Source: Gemmatimonadota bacterium
GTDB lineage: Bacteria; Gemmatimonadota; Gemmatimonadetes; Gemmatimonadales; GWC2-71-9
Direction: 5' to 3'
NCBI GenBank assembly: GCA_039586365.1
Contig: JBDHKN010000080.1
Coordinates: forward strand, 1-20,228
DNA length: 20,228 bases
Position numbers and translations under genes: made by a program. The notes under the pieces were generated by a model. It was not told the origin of the DNA. It saw nothing but the letters and a program-made list of their open reading frames with translations, and made no database searches. Positions 17,125 through 20,228 of the stretch are shown here, one piece after another; position 1 is the stretch's first letter; every line of letters begins with the position of its first letter.

Positions 17125-17703
17125 TCAGAATGGAAATGCGTACGCGATGCCGCCGGAAATCTGAACGTCATACTGGTAGCTGTTGAAGCCGAGTTCGTTG
17201 AACCTGTACAGCGTGTTGCCCACTTCAGCAAAGACGGTGAGGAATGTGTTATCGATTACGTAGTTGGTGCCTGCTCCAAATCGCGTGACGAGGTTGCCAA
17301 AGTCTTGCAGGGTCATGTCAGCAGGACTGACACGAATCCAGCCCGCGCCGGCGAAGACATAGGGGGCCCAGCTGCTGGAGGTCGGCAGCCCAACCTGAAG
17401 GTCCAACGTGGCGAAGATCCGTCGGAACCCCTGCTCGACCAGAATCAGCCCTGGACCCTCGTAGTCGCTCTTGGCCAGCGAAACCAGGCCCCGGAGAACG
17501 AGATTAGAGTTGAGCTGCAGCCCAAGACCACCTCCCGCCGTCCAAGCCGGGCCTAGAGCATCCTTCTGGTCACTCAGACTCGCTGCTGGAATTTGGTATC
17601 CACCGTAGGTGAGCAGGACCAGGGCCCGACCTTGTCCTACCACAGGTTCGGTTGCGGCTCCTGCCAGCAGGAGCCCAACCACAAAGCACTGCGTGCCGTT
17701 CAC
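17125..17703 (-). CDS. Small outer-membrane beta-barrel protein
   Basis: Signal peptide; amphipathic strands; WAPYVFAGAGW; FGAGTNY; C-terminal GGIAYAFPF with terminal Phe. Confidence 0.8.
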   Translation of the reverse strand: MNGTQCFVVGLLLAGAATEPVVGQGRALVLLTYGGYQIPAASLSDQKDALGPAWTAGGGLGLQLNSNLVLRGLVSLAKSDYEGPGLILVEQGFRRIFATLDLQVGLPTSSSWAPYVFAGAGWIRVSPADMTLQDFGNLVTRFGAGTNYVIDNTFLTVFAEVGNTLYRFNELGFNSYQYDVQISGGIAYAFPF

Positions 17704-17704
17704 C

Positions 17705-18145
17705 TCAGGAGTCCTCGCGCTTTGTTATGACCGAATCCAGGCTGAGACTGCCGCCACCAGCAGCGGTAAGGAAGAGAAACACGAAGCAGTAGAGCAACGC
17801 CAGCTCTCCCCGATTGACCCACGGCCAGAGACCGTTTTGGGCGTGGATCCAGAAGTATGCCACGGCCATTTGACCCGAGAGTACGAAGGCAACTGGGCGG
17901 GTGAACAAGCCGAATACGATCTGCAAGCCGCCGACAAGCTCGAGGACTCCGGCGGCTCCGTATCTCGTGAACAATTCCGCCGTCTGACCTGCCTCACCAA
18001 AGCCCCCGAACCAGCCGAGGACCTTCTGAGCACCATGGGTGAAAAAGAGGAATCCGACAACGATCCGCATCAGTCCAAGAGCTGCATTCTGGTATTTGGC
18101 CCAAGTATTCCAGTGCAATGTGGCCACCCTAGGATTAAGGTCCAT
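17705..18145 (-). CDS. DoxX-family membrane protein
   Basis: LMRIVVGFLFFTHGAQK, AGVLELVGG, GLFTRPVAF, MAVAYFWIH, GELALLYCF, GGGSLSLD. Start uncertain (18145 or 18184). Confidence 0.92.
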   Translation of the reverse strand: MDLNPRVATLHWNTWAKYQNAALGLMRIVVGFLFFTHGAQKVLGWFGGFGEAGQTAELFTRYGAAGVLELVGGLQIVFGLFTRPVAFVLSGQMAVAYFWIHAQNGLWPWVNRGELALLYCFVFLFLTAAGGGSLSLDSVITKREDS

Positions 18146-18203
18146 TAGTTGACTTACTGGCCATTGGATCGACCAGCGGTCCAACGGCCCGTGCTCCCAC
18201 CGT

Positions 18204-19985
18204 CTACGGCCCGACCAGTGAGATGAGGGTCTGTCCCGATGTTGGCCTTGCCCTGCCGTCAGCGCTCAAGACGACGAGCTCTCCGGACTCCTTCAAGGCA
18301 AAGAGAGGCAATGCAGTCTCTCCATGTTGTGCCATGAATGCGTCGAAGTCAAACTCACCGGTCAGGGGAGTTCGCTTTATCGTCGCACCCGACTCGCAGC
18401 GAGCTGCGATCTTGTCGTACGTTGCTCCTCGATCGAACAGGAAGCGTCCGCGAAGGTGTTGTGGCATCTTCTGCCTGGTGCTGGTAGATCGATTATCTGC
18501 CACTGGCAGTTGATACACGTTCGCTCGGCCGAATACGTCGCTGAAGTGCAATGCAGCTAGTGCGTTCACCTCGTCATTGGGAGTGAGCGCCAACAGACGC
18601 CCCAACCCGTCCAGCTCCAACTCCTCCATAGTATGCTCTGAGAGAATACTACCGTAGTAAGCCGTCACACCCAGTTGCCGCGCGGCGGAGACATGGCTCC
18701 AGTTCGAGTCAACCAACGCGAGCTTGATCCCTTCGCTGTTGAGTAACTCGGCCAGAGATCGGACCCAGGAGTCCGCTCCGACCAGCAGCAAGCCCTGCGG
18801 ATTCGGTGAGGCAACCCGGAGCCACCGCGCAACTGGGGCTGCGGAGAGCCCGTAGATGAACACGGTCCCCACGATGACGAAGAAAGTGACGGTGACGAGA
18901 GTCTCGGCACCGCTGTGTCCATGCCGTGTCAATTCCAGGGCGAATACTGACGCAACGGCAGCCGCAACAATCCCTCTGGGCGCCATCACGCCCAGGAAGC
19001 ACCTCTCGCGCCATGAGAGTCTGGTTCCCCATGTCGCCAATACCACTGATAGAGGCCGGACAACGAGAATCAGTCCAGCGACGAACAACAAGGTGCCTGC
19101 ACTAGGGACAAGAGCCTCAATGGACAGGCGTGCTGCCAGGACTACGAACAGCACCGATATCAGGAGGACACGCAAGTTCTCCTTGAATTCGACGATGTCA
19201 CGAATTGAGACCAGCGTCTGGCTTGCGAGAGCAGATCCCATCACTGTCACAGCCAGCAACCCTGATTCCGTTTGCACAGCATTGGCCAGCGTAAACGCCA
19301 GGAGGGCTACTGTGAGTGCGGCTGGGTTCTGCAGGAAGTCGGGGATCCAGTACCGTCGCAGCGCCAGAACCAGGACTGCGGCCCCTGCCAACCCGATGCC
19401 TCCACCAGCCAACAGCGCTCTTAGGATCCCAAGCGCCGCTATGGGAGCCTGCTCCATTCCTCCGGCTATGATCGCCTCGAAAACTAGGACTGCCAGGATC
19501 GCTCCGAGCGGATCGTTGACGATAGCCTCCCATTTCATGGCGGAACCGACACGATCGGTGGGCCTTACATGACGCAAGAGCGGTACGATGACGGTTGGCC
19601 CGGTCACGATCAGGATAGCCCCTAGAAGAATGGACAATGCCCAGTCCAAGTCGAGGAGCAGGTACGCCGACAGAGCGGCCAGAACCCAGGTGACCAGCAC
19701 TCCAATAGTCGCCAGATTGCGTATGGCGCTACCAATCTCCCGCAGCTCCGCCACATTAAGACTCAGCCCTCCCTCAAAGAGTATGACGGCTACCGACAGC
19801 GATACCACTGGGAACAGGAGGTCTCCGAGTAGAGCATCGGGGTTGAGCAGACCAGTAACCGGGCCGGTTAGAAACCCCACAACGAGGAGCAGCAATATCG
19901 ACGGGAACCTGAGGCGCCAGGCGAGCCAGCTGGCCGAGATCCCTAAGGCCAACAGCGCGGCGAGCTGGACCATGAGTTGTTCCAT
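18204..19985 (-). CDS. CPA1/NhaP-type cation:proton antiporter with C-terminal TrkA-N (RCK) domain
   Basis: VILFEGGL, VTGPTVI, WEAIVNDPLG, ESGLLAV, PRGIVAAA; C-terminal Rossmann-like domain (LLLVGA...ALTPNDEVN). Confidence 0.93.
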   Translation of the reverse strand: MEQLMVQLAALLALGISASWLAWRLRFPSILLLLVVGFLTGPVTGLLNPDALLGDLLFPVVSLSVAVILFEGGLSLNVAELREIGSAIRNLATIGVLVTWVLAALSAYLLLDLDWALSILLGAILIVTGPTVIVPLLRHVRPTDRVGSAMKWEAIVNDPLGAILAVLVFEAIIAGGMEQAPIAALGILRALLAGGGIGLAGAAVLVLALRRYWIPDFLQNPAALTVALLAFTLANAVQTESGLLAVTVMGSALASQTLVSIRDIVEFKENLRVLLISVLFVVLAARLSIEALVPSAGTLLFVAGLILVVRPLSVVLATWGTRLSWRERCFLGVMAPRGIVAAAVASVFALELTRHGHSGAETLVTVTFFVIVGTVFIYGLSAAPVARWLRVASPNPQGLLLVGADSWVRSLAELLNSEGIKLALVDSNWSHVSAARQLGVTAYYGSILSEHTMEELELDGLGRLLALTPNDEVNALAALHFSDVFGRANVYQLPVADNRSTSTRQKMPQHLRGRFLFDRGATYDKIAARCESGATIKRTPLTGEFDFDAFMAQHGETALPLFALKESGELVVLSADGRARPTSGQTLISLVGP

Positions 19986-19988
19986 CCG

Positions 19989-20228
19989 CTACGAACCTTG
20001 CATCGAATAGTGGAAGAAAGGGTCGTCCAAGGGGCACAGACCTAAAGCGGAGAACACAACCGGACGCACGCGGTCGCTCGTCATGATCTTGGCCTGGCCC
20101 AGTGACGCCACCCGGATGACCCGGGTTGACCGTCCCTCAAGTGCCTCTTCGGCGTTGGTGATGAGGTCCGTGAAGACCTTCTGGAGATCACCGGCCGCCA
20201 ACATTATGGTCGGCAGATATCGGTCCAA
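19989..20228 (-). pseudogene. Degenerate histidine kinase ATPase (HATPase_c)-like C-terminal fragment, cut by the window edge
   Basis: LPTIM...DLQKVFTDLITNAEEAL resembles an NtrB-type N-box and DPFF an F-box, but the DxGxG and GxGLGL boxes are absent. Confidence 0.45.

Noticed and set aside
16557..19572. Several 150-240-aa plus-strand ORFs
   Set aside because: Antisense shadows of the USP, OMP, DoxX and antiporter genes.
1..20228. CRISPR arrays, tRNA/rRNA genes, known riboswitches, long tandem repeats
   Set aside because: None recognised by eye in the intergenic regions; an Rfam scan was not possible.

Overview
A 20.2-kb, moderately GC-rich bacterial chromosomal segment from a diderm (lipoproteins, an outer-membrane beta-barrel, a periplasmic cytochrome c). 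A Gemmatimonadota-like origin is my impression only. The window starts with the 3' end of an IS3-family element, followed by an RcsF-like lipoprotein, a 5'-truncated deiodinase-like ORF, a secreted Zn-metalloprotease, a sodium:solute symporter, a cold-shock protein, an AgmX/PglI-C-like lipoprotein and tryptophanase. Two modules stand out. (1) An apparently membrane-anchored DtxR/MntR-family regulator with tandem FeoA domains and Mn-type metal ligands, translationally coupled to a FeoB carrying an N-terminal CxxC, and preceded by an MntR/SirR-like operator and a structured leader. (2) A minus-strand stress/redox cluster: Na+/H+ antiporter, DoxX, OMP, tandem USP, a DosS-like heme-GAF kinase of HisKA type, an OmpR-family regulator, a membrane kinase and cytochrome c, with 11-bp-phased YTCA repeats in front of the regulator and the cytochrome c genes. 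All calls come from motif recognition by eye; no searches were run.
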